A stretch of 64,000 nucleotides of DNA from the human T2T-CHM13v2.0 reference genome, Homo sapiens: the NCBI RefSeq assembly GCF_009914755.1, contig NC_060948.1. One strand, given 5' to 3'. The position numbers and the translations under genes were made by a program. How positions within the stretch are numbered: the first letter of the stretch is position 1; each line of letters opens with the position of its first letter. This document shows positions 1-14,356 of the stretch, one piece after another. The notes beneath the pieces were generated by a model. It saw only the letters and a list, made by a program, of their open reading frames with translations. It did not search any database and had not been told where the DNA came from.

Positions 1-160
1 ATCGATTGGAATGAAATCACATAGAATGGAGTGGAATCAAATGGAATTGAATCGAAAGGAAAGGAAGCGAATGGACTGAAATGAAATGGAATGGAATTGA
101 ATGGAAATTAATGCAATGGAATAGAATGGAACGAAATTTCACGGAATGGAATCAAACTGA

Positions 161-3100
161 ATGGAATCAAATCAATGGAATATAATCAAATGGAATGGAA
201 AGGAATTGAATGGAGTAGATTGGATTGGATGGGATTGGAATGAAATGTACTGGAAAGGACTCGAATTTCATGAAACGGAATGGAATGAATTGGAACGGAA
301 TGGACTCGAATGGAATGGAATGTCATGGAATGGCATCAAATGGAATGGCATCAAATGGAATGGAATCGAATGCAATGGAATGCTATGGAATGGAATGGAA
401 TGCATTGGAATGGAATGTCCTCTAATGGAATGGATTCGAGTGGAATGGAATCGAATATAATGGAGTCGATTGAAATGGAATTGAAAGGAATGGGATCGAA
501 TACAATGGAATATACTGGAATGTAATGTAATGAACTTGAATGTAATTGACTGGAATGTAATGTACATGAATGGAATGTAATCGAATGGAAAGTAATCCAA
601 TGGAATAGAATCTAATGCAATAAAATCGACTCAGATAGAGTAGAATGTAATGGAATGGAGTGCAGTGCAATGGAATGGAATGGAATGGAATGCAATGGAA
701 TGGAATGGAATGGAATGGAATGGAATGGAATGGAATGGAATGGAATGGTGTGGAATGGATAGTAATGGACTGGAGTGAAATGGACTGGAAATGAATGGAT
801 TCAAATGGAAAGGGCTCGAAAGGAATGGAGTCAAATGGAATGGTCTGGAATGGAATGAACACGAATGTAATGCAATCCAATAGAATGGAATCGAATGGCA
901 TGGAATATAAAGAAATGGAATCGAAGAGAATGGAAACAAATGGAATGGAATTGAATGGAATGGAATTGAATGGAATGGGAACGAATGGAGTGAAATTGTA
1001 TGCAGTAGAAGAGAATAGAATGGAATGCAAGCGAAAGGAAAGGAATGGATTGGAATGGAATGGAATTCATTGGAATGGAAGGGAATGTAGTGTAATGGAC
1101 AGGCCTGGAATAAAGTGGAATGCTACGGTCTCGAATGGAATAAAAATGTATGGAATGGAATGCAATGAAACGGAATCGAATGTCATAGAATGTAATGGAA
1201 TGCAAAAAAATGTACTCCAAAATCATTGACTGGAAAGGCTGGGTGTCGAAAGGAATTGACTCCAATGGAATGGAATCGAATGGAATGGAAGTGAATAGAA
1301 TCGAACTAAATCGAATGGAATGGAATTGATAGGAACGGAATGGAAAGGAATGCAATGATTTGGCATGGAATGGAAACGAATGGTATCTAACGGAATGGAA
1401 TGTAATGTAATGGAATGGAATGTATTAGAATGTAATGAACTTTAATGGAATGTACTCGAATGGATTCGACTGGAATGGAATGTTCTCGAAGTGAATGGAC
1501 TCCAATGGAATGGATTCAAACGGAATGGAATCGTACAGAATGGAATCTAATGGAATGGAATTAAATGGAAATGAATCAAATTGAATAGCACGGAATTGAA
1601 TTGAATGGAATGGAATGCAATGGAATCTAATGAAACGGAAAGGAAAGGAATGGAATGGAATGGAATGGGCTGGAATGGAAAGGAATCGAAACGAATGGAA
1701 TGGAATCGAACTGAAGAGACTGGAATGGAATGCACTGGAATGGAAGGGAGTGTAATGGAAGGTTCTCGAAAAAAATGGAATCGAATGGAATGGAATTGAA
1801 TGGAACGGAATAGAGTCGAATGGAATTGAATGGAATGGAATGGACTAGAGTGAAATGGAATCGAACCACAAGGAATGGACAGGAATAGAATGGTCTCGAA
1901 TTGAATGGAATCGTATGGAATGGCATCAAACGGAATGGAATGGACAGCCACGGAATGGAATGCACTCGAATGCAATGGAGTCGAAACTAATGGACTGGAA
2001 TAGAATGGACTCGACTGGTACGGACTCCAATGGAATGGAATCGAATGGAAGGGAATCGAACGGAATGGACTCGAAGGGAAAAGACTGCAATGGAAAGGTC
2101 TCGAATGGAATGGAAATTAATGGAATGGAATGGAATCGAATGAAATGGAGTCAAAAGGAATGGAATCGAATGGCAAGAAATCGAATGTAATGGAATCGCA
2201 AGGAATTGATGTGAACGGAACGGAATGGAATGGAATCCAAAGGAATGGAATAGAATGGAATGGAATCGAATGGAAAGGACTCGAATGGAAATCACTCGAA
2301 TAGAATGCAATTTAATAAAATAGGATCAAATGTAATGGAATGGAATGGAAAGGAATCGAAACGAAAGGAATGGAGACCGATGGAATGGAATGGAACAGAG
2401 AGCAATGGTATAGAATGGAATGGAATCATCTGGAATGGAATTGAATGGAATGGAATAATATGAAATGGAATGGAATGGAATGGAATGGAATGCCCTTGAA
2501 TTAAATGGACTGGAATGGAATGGACTCGAACACAGTGGAATGGAAAGTGTTGAGATAGAATGGAATGGACTCCTTCGGAATGGTGTAGAATGCAATGCAA
2601 TCGACTGGCAGGGAATCAAAAGGAATGTAATGGAATGGATTGGACTGGAATGCAATGGACTCGAATAGATTGGAAACGGAATGCAAAGGAATGGAATGGA
2701 ATAGTATGGAATGGAATGGAAAGGAATGGAGTGGAATAGACTAGAGTGGAATGGAATGGACTGGAAAGCAATGGACTGGAATGGAACTTTCTTGAATGGA
2801 CTGGAATCAAACGGAATGGAATGCAATGCAATCAAATGGCATAGAATAAGATAGAATGAAAGAGAATCAAATGGAATTGAATGGAATGGAATCGAATGGA
2901 TTGGAAAGGAATAGAATGGAATGGAATGGAATTGACTCAAATGGAATGGACTAGAATGGAATGGATTCGAATGGAAGGCAAAGGAATGGAATCTATTGGA
3001 ATGGACTGTAATGGAATGCAATGGAAGTGATTGGAATGGACTCGAATGGAATGGACTGCAATAGAAAGGATTCGAATGGAATGAAAAAGAATTGAATGGA

Positions 3101-3724
3101 ATAGAACAGAATGGAATCAAATCGAATGAAATGGAATGGAATAGAAAGGAATGGAATGAAATGGAATGGAAAGGATTCGAATGGAATGCAAACGAATGGA
3201 ATGGAATCGAACGGAATGGAATAAAATGGAAGAAAACTGGCAAGAAATGGAATCGAAATGAATGGAGTGTTATGGAAGGGACTCAAAAGGAATTGAATGT
3301 AAAAGAATGGAGTGGAGTGGACTCGAATATAATGGACTTGAATGGAATGAAATCACATGGAATGGGAACGAATGGAATGGAATGGAAAGGAATGGAATCG
3401 AATGGAAAGGAATCGAATGGAAGGGAATGAAATTGAACCAACAGGAATGGAAGGGAATAGAATAGACCGTAATGGAATGGACTCGAATAGAATGGACACG
3501 AATGCTCAAATTGAATGGACTCGAATGGAATGGAAACGAAAGGAATGTCATCGAATGGAATTGAATCGATTGGAATGAAATCGCATAGAATGGAGTGGAA
3601 TCAAATGGAATTGAATCGAAAGGAAAGGAAGCGAATGGACTGAAATGAAATGGAATGGAATTGAATGGAAAGTAATGCAATGGAATAGAATGGAACGAAA
3701 TTTCACGGAATGGAATCAAACTGA
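161..3724 (+). repeat. Unit 1 (3564 bp; chimeric). Boundaries are set arbitrarily at the ATGGAATCAAATCAATGG anchor
   Basis: Anchor at 161, next anchor at 3725; EcoRI 1063, HaeIII 1102. Confidence 0.9.
697..746 (+). repeat. Longest perfect (GGAAT)n run noticed: (GGAAT)10
   Basis: Ten exact copies between GCAAT (692-696) and GGTGT. Confidence 0.8.
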
Positions 3725-6700
3725 ATGGAATCAAATCAATGGAATCTAATCAAATGGAATGGAAAGGAATTGAATGGAGTAGATTGGATTGGATGGGATT
3801 GGAATGAAATGTACTGGAAAGGACTCGAATTTCATGAAACGGAATGGAATGAATTGGAACGGAATGGACTCGAATGGAATGGAATGTCATGGAATGGCAT
3901 CAAATGGAATGGCATCAAATGGAATGGAATCGAATGCAATGGAATGCTATGGAATGGAATGGAATGCATTGGAATGGAATGTCCTCTAATGGAATGGATT
4001 CGAGTGGAATGGAATCGAATATAATGGAGTCGAATGAAATGGAATTGAAAAGAATGGGATCGAATACAATGGAATATACTGGAATGTAATGTAATGAACT
4101 CGAATGTAATTGACTGGAATGGAATGTATATGAATGGAATGTAATCGAATGGAAAGTAATCCAATGGAATAGAATCTAATGCAATAAAATCGACTCAGAT
4201 AGAGTAGAATGTAATGGAATGGAGTGCAGTGCAATGGAATGGAATGGAATGGAATGCAATGGAATGGAATGGAATGGGATGGAATGGTATGGAATGGATA
4301 ATAATGGACTGGAGTGAAATGGACTGGAAAGGAATGGACTCAAATTGAAAGGGCTCGAAAGGAATGGAGACAAATGGAATGGTCTGGAATGGAATGAACA
4401 CGAATGTAATGCAATCCAATAGAATAGAGTCGAATGGCATGGAATATAAAGAAATGGAATCGAAGAGAATAGAAACAAATGGAATGGAATTGAATGGAAT
4501 GGAATTGAATGGAATGGGAACGAATGGAGTGAAATTGTATGCAGTAGAAGAGAATAGAATGGAATGCAAGCGAAAGGAAAGGAATGGATTGGAATGGAAT
4601 GGAATTCATTGGAATGGAGGGGAATGTAGTGTAATGGACAGGCCTGGAATAAAGTGGAATGCTACGGTCTCGAGTGGAATAAAAATGTATGGATTGGAAT
4701 GCAATGAAACGGAATCGAATGTCATAGAATGTAATGGAATGCAAAAAAATGGAATCCGAAATCATTGACTGGAAAGGCTGGGTGTCGAAAGGAATTGACT
4801 CCAATGGAATGGAATCGAATGGAATGGAAGTGAATAGAATCGAACTAAATCGAATGGAATGGAATTGATAGGAACGGAATGGAAAGGAATGCAATGATTT
4901 GGCACGGAATGGAATCGAATGGCATCGAATGGAATGGAATGGAATGCAATGGAATGGAATGTATTAGAATGTAATGAACTTTAATGGAATGTACTCGAAA
5001 GGATTTGACTGGAATGGAATGTTCTGGAAGTGAATGGACTCCAATGGAATGGATTCGAAAGGAATGGAATCGTACGGAATGGAATCTAATGGAATGGAAT
5101 TAAATGGAAATGAATCAAATTGAATAGCACGGAATTGAATTGAATGGAATGGAATGCAATGGAATCTAATGAAACAGAAAGGAAAGGAATGCAATGGAAT
5201 GGAATGGGCTGGAATGGAAAGGAATCGAAACGAATGGAATGGAATCGAACTGAAGAGACTGGAATGGAATGCACTGGAATGGAAGGGAGTGTAATGGAAG
5301 GTTCTCGAAAAAAATGGAATCGAATGGAATGGAATTGAGTGGAACGGAATAGAGTCGAATGGAATTGAATGGAATGGAATGGACTAGAGTGAAATGGAAT
5401 CGAACCACAAGGAATGGACAGGAATAGAATGGTCTCGAATTGAATGGAATCGTATGGAATGGCATCAAACGGAATGGAATGGACAGCCACGGAATGGAAT
5501 GCACTCGAATGCAATGGAGTCGAAACTAATGGACTGGAATAGAATGGACTCGACTGGTACGGACTCCAATGGAATGGAATCGAATGGAAGGGAATCGAAC
5601 GGAATGGACTCGAAGGGAAAAGACTGCAATGGAAAGGTCTCGAATGGAATGGAAATTAATGGAATGGAATGGAATCGAATGAAATGGAGTCAAAAGGAAT
5701 GGAATCGAATGGCAAGAAATCGAATGTAATGGAATCGCAAGGAATTGATATGAACGGAACGGAATGGAATGGAATCCAAAGGAATGGAATAGAATGGAAT
5801 GGAATCGAATGGAAAGGACTCGAATGGAAATCACTCGAATAGAATGCAATTTAATAAAATAGGATCAAATGTAATGGAATGGAATGGAAAGGAATCGAAA
5901 CGAAAGGAATGGAGACAGATGGAATGGAATGGAACAGATAGCAATGGTATACAATGGAATGGAATCATCTGGAATGGAATTGAATGGAATGGAATAATAT
6001 GAAATGGAATGGAATGGAATGGAATGGAATGCCCTTGAATTAAATGGACTGGACTCGAACAGAGTGGAATGGAAAGTGTTGAGATAGAATGGAATGGACT
6101 CCTTTGGAATGGTCTAGTATGCAATGCAATCGACTGGCAGGGAATCAAAAGGAATGTAATGGAATGGATTGGACTGGAATGCAATGGACTCGAATAGATT
6201 GGAAACGGAATGCAAAGGAATGGAATGGAATAGTATGGAATGGAATGGAAAGGAAAGGAGTGGAATAGACTAGAGTGGAATGGAATGGACTGGAAAGCAA
6301 TGGACTGGAATGAAACTTTCTTGAATGGACTGGAATCAAACGGAATGGAATGCAATGCAATCAAATGGCATGGAATAAGATAGAATGAAAGAGAATCAAA
6401 TGGAATTGAATCGAATGGAATCGAATGGATTGGAAAGGAAGAGAATGGAATGGAATGGAATTGACTCAAATGGAATGGACTAGAATGGAATGGATTCGAA
6501 TGGAAGGCAAAGGAATGGAATCTATTGGAATGGACTGTAATGGAATGGAATGGAAGGGATTGGAATGGACTCGAATGGAATGGACTGCAATAGAAAGGAT
6601 TCGAATGGAATGAAAAAGAATTGAATGGAATAGAACAGAATGGAATCAAATCGAATGAAATGGAATGGAATAGAAAGGAATGGAGTGAAATGGAATGGAA

Positions 6701-7253
6701 AGGATTCGAATGGAATGCAATCGAATGGAATGGAATCGAACGGAATGGAATAAAATGGAAGAAAACTGGCAAGAAATGGAATCGAAATGAATGGAGTGTT
6801 ATGGAACGGACTCAAAAGGAATTGAATGTAATAGAATGGAGTGGAGTGAACTCGAATATAATGGACTGGAATGGAATGAAATCACATGGAATGGGAACGA
6901 ATGGAATGGAATGGAAAGGAATGGAATCGAATGGAAAGGAATCGAACGGAAGGGAATGAAATTGAATCAACAGGAATGGAAGGGAATAGAATAGACTGTA
7001 ATGGAATGGACACGAATAGAATGGACACGAATGCTCAAATTGAATGGACTCGAATGGAATGGAAAGGAAAGGAAAGTCATCGAATGGAATTGAATCGATT
7101 GGAATGAAATCGCATAGAATGGATTGGAATCAAATGGAATTGAATCGAAAGGAAAGGAAGCGAATGGACTGAAATGAAATGGAATGGAATGGAATGGAAA
7201 GTAATGCAATGGAATAGAATGGAAAGAAATTTCACGGAATGGAATCAAACTGA
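3725..7253 (+). repeat. Unit 2 (3529 bp; dimer type B)
   Basis: XhoI CTCGAG at 4669, TGGCACGG near 4900, 10-bp deletion GGACTGGACTCG near 6050. Confidence 0.9.
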
Positions 7254-10200
7254 ATGGAATCAAATCAATGGAATCTAATCAAATGGAATGGAAAGGAATT
7301 GAATGGAGTATATTGGATTGGATGGGATTGGAATGAAATGTACTGGAAAGGACTCGAATTTCATGAAACGGAATGGAATGAATTGGAACGGAATGGACTC
7401 GAATGGAATGGAATGACATGGAATGGCATCAAATGGAATGGCATCAAATGGAATGGAATCGAATACAATGGAATGCTATGGAATGGAATGGAATGCATTG
7501 GAATGGAATGTCCTCTAATGGATTGGATTCGAGTGGAATGGAATCGAATATAATGGAGTCGAATGAAATGGAATTGAAAGGAATGGGATCGAATAGAATG
7601 GAATATACTGGAATGTAATGTAATGAACTCGAATGTAATTGACTGGAATGGAATGTACATGAATGGAATGTAATCGAATGGAAAGTAATCCAATGGAATA
7701 GAATCTAATGCAATAAAATCGACTCAGATAGAGTAGAATGTAATGGAATGGAGTGCAGTGCAATGGAATGGAATGGAATGGAATGCAATGGAATGGAATG
7801 GAATGGAATGGAATGGGATGGAATGGGGTGGAATGGTATGGAATGGATAGTAATGGACTGGAGTGAAATGGACTGGAAAGGAATGGACTCAAATTGAAAG
7901 GGCTCGAAAGGAATGGAGACAAATGAAATGGTCTGGAATGGAATGAACACGAATGTAATGCAATCCAATAGAATGGAGTCGAATGGCATGGAATATAAAG
8001 AAATGGAATCGAAGAGAATGGAAACAAATGGAATGGAATTGAATGGAATGGAATTGAATGGAATGGGAACGAATGGAGTGAAATTGTATGCAGTAGAAGA
8101 GAATAGAATGGAATGCAAGCGAAAGGAAAGGAATGGATTGGAATGGAATGGAATTCATTGGAATGGAAGGGAATGTAGTGTAATGGACAGGCCTGGAATA
8201 AAGTGGAATGCTACGGTCTCAAATAGAATAAAAATGTATGGAATGGAATGCAATGAAACGGAATCGAATGTCATAGAATGTAATGGAATGCAAAAAAATG
8301 GAATCCAAAATCATTGACTGGAAAGGCTGGGTGTCGAAAGGAATTGACTCCAATGGAATGGAATCGAATGGAATGGAAGTGAATAGAATCGAACTAAATC
8401 GAATGGAATGGAATTGATAGGAACGGAATGGAAAGGAATGCAATGATTTGGCATGGAATGGAATCGAATGGCATCGAATGGAATGGAATGGAATGCAATG
8501 GAATGGAATGTATTAGAATGTAATGAACTTTAATGGAATGTACTCGAATGGATTCGACTGGAATGGAATGTTCTGGAAGTGAATGGACTCCAATGGAATG
8601 GATTCAAAAGGAATGGAATCGTACGGAATGGAATCTAATGGAATGGAATTAAATGGAAATGAATCAAATTGAATAGCACGGAATTGAATTGAATGGAATC
8701 GAATGCAATGGAATCTAATGAAACGGAAAGGAAAGGAATGGAATGGAATGGAATGGAATGGGCTGGAATGGAAAGGAATCGAAACGAATGGAATGGAATC
8801 GAACTGAAGAGACTGGAATGGAATGCAGTGGAATGGAAGGGAGTGTAATGGAAGGTTCTCGAAAAAAATGGAATCGAATGGAATGGAATTGAATGGAACG
8901 GAATAGAGTCGAATGGAATTGAATGGAATGGAATGGACTAGAGTGAAATGGAATCGAACCACAAGGAATGGACAGGAATAGAATGGTCTCGAATTGAATG
9001 GAATCGTATGGAATGGCATCAAACGGAATGGAATGGACAGCCACGGAATGGAATGCACTCGAATGCAATGGAGTCGAAACTAATGGACTGGAATAGAATG
9101 GATTCGACTGGTACGGACTCCAATGGAATGGAATCGAATGGAAGGGAATCGAACGGAATGGACTCGAAGGGAAAAGACTGCAATGGAAAGGTCTCGAATG
9201 GAATGGAAATTAATGGAATGGAATGGAATCGAATGAAATGGAGTCAAAAGGAATGGAATCGAATGGCAAGAAATCAAATGTAATGGAATCGCAAGGAATT
9301 GATGTGAACGGAACGGAATGGAATGGAATCCAAAGGAATGGAATAGAATGGAATGGAATCGAATGGAAAGGACTCGAATGGAAATCACTCGAATAGAATG
9401 CAATTTAATAAAATAGGATCAAATGTAATGGAATGGAATGGAAAGGAATCGAAACGAAAGGAATGGAGACCGATGGAATGGAATGGAACAGAGAGCAATG
9501 GTATAGAATGGAATGGAATCATCTGGAATGGAATTGAATGGAATGGAATAATATGAAATGGAATGGAATGGAATGGAATGGAATGCCCTTGAATTAAATG
9601 GACTGGAATGGAATGGACTCGAACACAGTGGAATGGAAAGTGTTGAGATAGAATGGAATGGACTCCTTCGGAATGGTGTAGTATGCAATGCAATCGACTG
9701 GCAGGGAATCAAAAGGAATGTAATGGAATGGATTGGACTGGAATGCAATGGACTCGAATAGATTGGAAACGGAATGCAAAGGAATGGAATGGAATAGTAT
9801 GGAATGGAATGGAAAGGAATGGAGTGGAATAGACTAGAGTGGAATGGAATGGACTGGAAAGCAATGGACTGGAATGGAACTTTCTTGAATGGACTGGAAT
9901 CAAACGGAATGGAATGCAATGCAATCAAATGGCATAGAATAAGATAGAATGAAAGAGAATCAAATGGAATTGAATGGAATGGAATCGAATGGATTGGAAA
10001 GGAATAGAATGGAATGGAATGGAATTGACTCAAATGGAATGGACTAGAATGGAATGGATTCGAATGGAAGGCAAAGGAATGGAATCTATTGGAATGGACT
10101 GTAATGGAATGCAATGGAAGTGATTGGAATGGACTCGAATGGAATGGACTGCAATAGAAAGGATTCGAATGGAATGAAAAAGAATTGAATGGAATAGAAC

Positions 10201-10817
10201 AGAATGGAATCAAATCGAATGAAATGGAATGGAATAGAAAGGAATGGAATGAAATGGAATGGAAAGGATTCGAATGGAATGCAAACGAATGGAATGGAAT
10301 CGAACGGAATGGAATAAAATGGAAGAAAACTGGCAAGAAATGGAATCGAAATGAATGGAGTGTTATGGAAGGGACTCAAAAGGAATTGAATGTAATAGAA
10401 TGGAGTGGAGTGGACTCGAATATAATGGACTTGAATGGAATGAAATCACATGGAATGGGAACGAATGGAATGGAATGGAAAGGAATGGAATCGAATGGAA
10501 AGGAATCGAATGGAAGGGAATGAAATTGAACCAACAGGAATGGAAGGGAATAGAATAGACCGTAATGGAATGGACTCGAATAGAATGGACACGAATGCTC
10601 AAATTGAATGGACTCGAATGGAATGGAAACGAAAGGAATGTCATCGAATGGAATTGAATCGATTGGAATGAAATCGCATAGAATGGAGTGGAATCAAATG
10701 GAATTGAATCGAAAGGAAAGGAAGCGAATGGACTGAAATGAAATGGAATGGAATTGAATGGAAAGTAATGCAATGGAATAGAATGGAACGAAATTTCACG
10801 GAATGGAATCAAACTGA
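7254..10817 (+). repeat. Unit 3 (3564 bp; dimer type A)
   Basis: GTATATTGG near 7310, GGGGTGG near 7825, GAGACCGA near 9466, TCCTTCGG at 9664. Confidence 0.9.
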
Positions 10818-13800
10818 ATGGAATCAAATCAATGGAATCTAATCAAATGGAATGGAAAGGAATTGAATGGAGTAGATTGGATTGGATGGGATTGGAATGA
10901 AATGTACTGGAAAGGACTCGAATTTCATGAAACGGAATGGAATGAATTGGAACGGAATGGACTCGAATGGAATGGAATGTCATGGAATGGCATCAAATGG
11001 AATGGCATCAAATGGAATGGAATCGAATGCAATGGAATGCTATGGAATGGAATGGAATGCATTGGAATGGAATGTCCTCTAATGGAATGGATTCGAGTGG
11101 AATGGAATCGAATATAATGGAGTCGAATGAAATGGAATTGAAAAGAATGGGATCGAATACAATGGAATATACTGGAATGTAATGTAATGAACTCGAATGT
11201 AATTGACTGGAATGGAATGTATATGAATGGAATGTAATCGAATGGAAAGTAATCCAATGGAATAGAATCTAATGCAATAAAATCGACTCAGATAGAGTAG
11301 AATGTAATGGAATGGAGTGCAGTGCAATGGAATGGAATGGAATGGAATGCAATGGAATGGAATGGAATGGAATGGAATGGGATGGAATGGTATGGAATGG
11401 ATAATAATGGACTGGAGTGAAATGGACTGGAAAGGAATGGACTCAAATTGAAAGGGCTCGAAAGGAATGGAGACAAATGGAATGGTCTGGAATGGAATGA
11501 ACACGAATGTAATGCAATCCAATAGAATAGAGTCGAATGGCATGGAATATAAAGAAATGGAATCGAAGAGAATAGAAACAAATGGAATGGAATTGAATGG
11601 AATGGAATTGAATGGAATGGGAACGAATGGAGTGAAATTGTATGCAGTAGAAGAGAATAGAATGGAATGCAAGCGAAAGGAAAGGAATGGATTGGAATGG
11701 AATGGAATTCATTGGAATGGAAGGGAATGTAGTGTAATGGACAGGCCTGGAATAAAGTGGAATGCTACGGTCTCGAGTGGAATAAAAATGTATGGATTGG
11801 AATGCAATGAAACGGAATCGAATGTCATAGAATGTAATGGAATGCAAAAAAATGGAATCCGAAATCATTGACTGGAAAGGCTGGGTGTCGAAAGGAATTG
11901 ACTCCAATGGAATGGAATCGAATGGAATGGAAGTGAATAGAATCGAACTAAATCGAATGGAATGGAATTGATAGGAACGGAATGGAAAGGAATGCAATGA
12001 TTTGGCACGGAATGGAATCGAATGGCATCGAATGGAATGGAATGGAATGCAGTGGAATGGAATGTATTAGAATGTAATGAACTTTAATGGAATGTACTCG
12101 AAAGGATTTGACTGGAATGGAATGTTCTGGAAGTGAATGGACTCCAATGGAATGGATTCGAAAGGAATGGAATCGTACGGAATGGAATCTAATGGAATGG
12201 AATTAAATGGAAATGAATCAAATTGAATAGCACGGAATTGAATTGAATGGAATGGAATGCAATGGAATCTAATGAAACGGAAAGGAAAGGAATGCAATGG
12301 AATGGAATGGGCTGGAATGGAAAGGAATCGAAACGAATGGAATGGAATCGAACTGAAGAGACTGGAATGGAATGCACTGGAATGGAAGGGAGTGTAATGG
12401 AAGGTTCTCGAAAAAAATGGAATCGAATGGAATGGAATTGAGTGGAACGGAATAGAGTCGAATGGAATTGAATGGAATGGAATGGACTAGAGTGAAATGG
12501 AATCGAACCACAAGGAATGGACAGGAATAGAATGGTCTCGAATTGAATGGAATCGTATGGAATGGCATCAAACGGAATGGAATGGACAGCCACGGAATGG
12601 AATGCACTCGAATGCAATGGAGTCGAAACTAATGGACTGGAATAGAATGGACTCGACTGGTACGGACTCCAATGGAATGGAATCGAATGGAAGGGAATCG
12701 AACGGAATGGACTCGAAGGGAAAAGACTGCAATGGAAAGGTCTCGAATGGAATGGAAATTAATGGAATGGAATGGAATCGAATGAAATGGAGTCAAAAGG
12801 AATGGAATCGAATGGCAAGAAATCGAATGTAATGGAATCGCAAGGAATTGATATGGACGGAACGGAATGGAATGGAATCCAAAGGAATGGAATAGAATGG
12901 AATGGAATCGAATGGAAAGGACTCGAATGGAAATCACTCGAATAGAATGCAATTTAATAAAATAGGATCAAATGTAATGGAATGGAATGGAAAGGAATCG
13001 AAACGAAAGGAATGGAGACAGATGGAATGGAATGGAACAGATAGCAATGGTATACAATGGAATGGAATCATCTGGAATGGAATTGAATGGAATGGAATAA
13101 TATGAAATGGAATGGAATGGAATGGAATGGAATGCCCTTGAATTAAATGGACTGGACTCGAACAGAGTGGAATGGAAAGTGTTGAGATAGAATGGAATGG
13201 ACTCCTTTGGAATGGTCTAGTATGCAATGCAATCGACTGGCAGGGAATCAAAAGGAATGTAATGGAATGGATTGGACTGGAATGCAATGGACTCGAATAG
13301 ATTGGAAACGGAATGCAAAGGAATGGAATGGAATAGTATGGAATGGAATGGAAAGGAATGGAGTGGAATAGACTAGAGTGGAATGGAATGGACTGGAAAG
13401 CAATGGACTGGAATGAAACTTTCTTGAATGGACTGGAATCAAACGGAATGGAATGCAATGCAATCAAATGGCATGGAATAAGATAGAATGAAAGAGAATC
13501 AAATGGAATTGAATCGAATGGAATCGAATGGATTGGAAAGGAAGAGAATGGAATGGAATGGAATTGACTCAAATGGAATGGACTAGAATGGAATGGATTC
13601 GAATGGAAGGCAAAGGAATGGAATCTATTGGAATGGACTGTAATGGAATGGAATGGAAGGGATTGGAATGGACTCGAATGGAATGGACTGCAATAGAAAG
13701 GATTCGAATGGAATGAAAAAGAATTGAATGGAATAGAACAGAATGGAATCAAATCGAATGAAATGGAATGGAATAGAAAGGAATGGAATGAAATGGAATG

Positions 13801-14356
13801 GAAAGGATTCGAATGGAATGCAATCGAATGGAATGGAATCGAACGGAATGGAATAAAATGGAAGAAAACTGGCAAGAAATGGAATCGAAATGAATGGAGT
13901 GTTATGGAACGGACTCAAAAGGAATTGAATGTAATAGAATGGAGTGGAGTGAACTCGAATATAATGGACTGGAATGGAATGAAATCACATGGAATGGGAA
14001 CGAATGGAATGGAATGGAAAGGAATGGAATCGAATGGAAAGGAATCGAACGGAAGGGAATGAAATTGAATCAACAGGAATGGAAGGGAATAGAATAGACT
14101 GTAATGGAATGGACACGAATAGAATGGACACGAATGCTCAAATTGAATGGACTCGAATGGAATGGAAAGGAAAGGAAAGTCATCGAATGGAATTGAATCG
14201 ATTGGAATGAAATCGCATAGAATGGAGTGGAATCAAATGGAATTGAATCGAAAGGAAAGGAAGCGAATGGACTGAAATGAAATGGAATGGAATGGAATGG
14301 AAAGTAACGCAATGGAATAGAATGGAAAGAAATTTCACGGAATGGAATCAAACTGA
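10818..14356 (+). repeat. Unit 4 (3539 bp; dimer type B)
   Basis: XhoI at 11772; same 10-bp deletion near 13150. Confidence 0.9.

Noticed and set aside
1230-1250. G-rich GGAAAGGCTGGGTGTCG as a G-quadruplex or recombination signal
   Set aside because: It has only one GGG run; it is simply a conserved landmark of the unit.
3741-3753. GAATCTAATCA in units 2-7 resembles a DUX4-type TAAYCYAATCA site
   Set aside because: It mismatches the first base of the TAAT core and arises easily in this AT-rich pentamer background; there is no independent support.
5831-6772. Longest ORF (313 aa, minus strand), recurring in units 2, 4 and 6
   Set aside because: Its recurrence reflects the dimer duplication. 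The frame differs in other units (305, 275, 270, 241 aa or split), so there is no sign of coding constraint.
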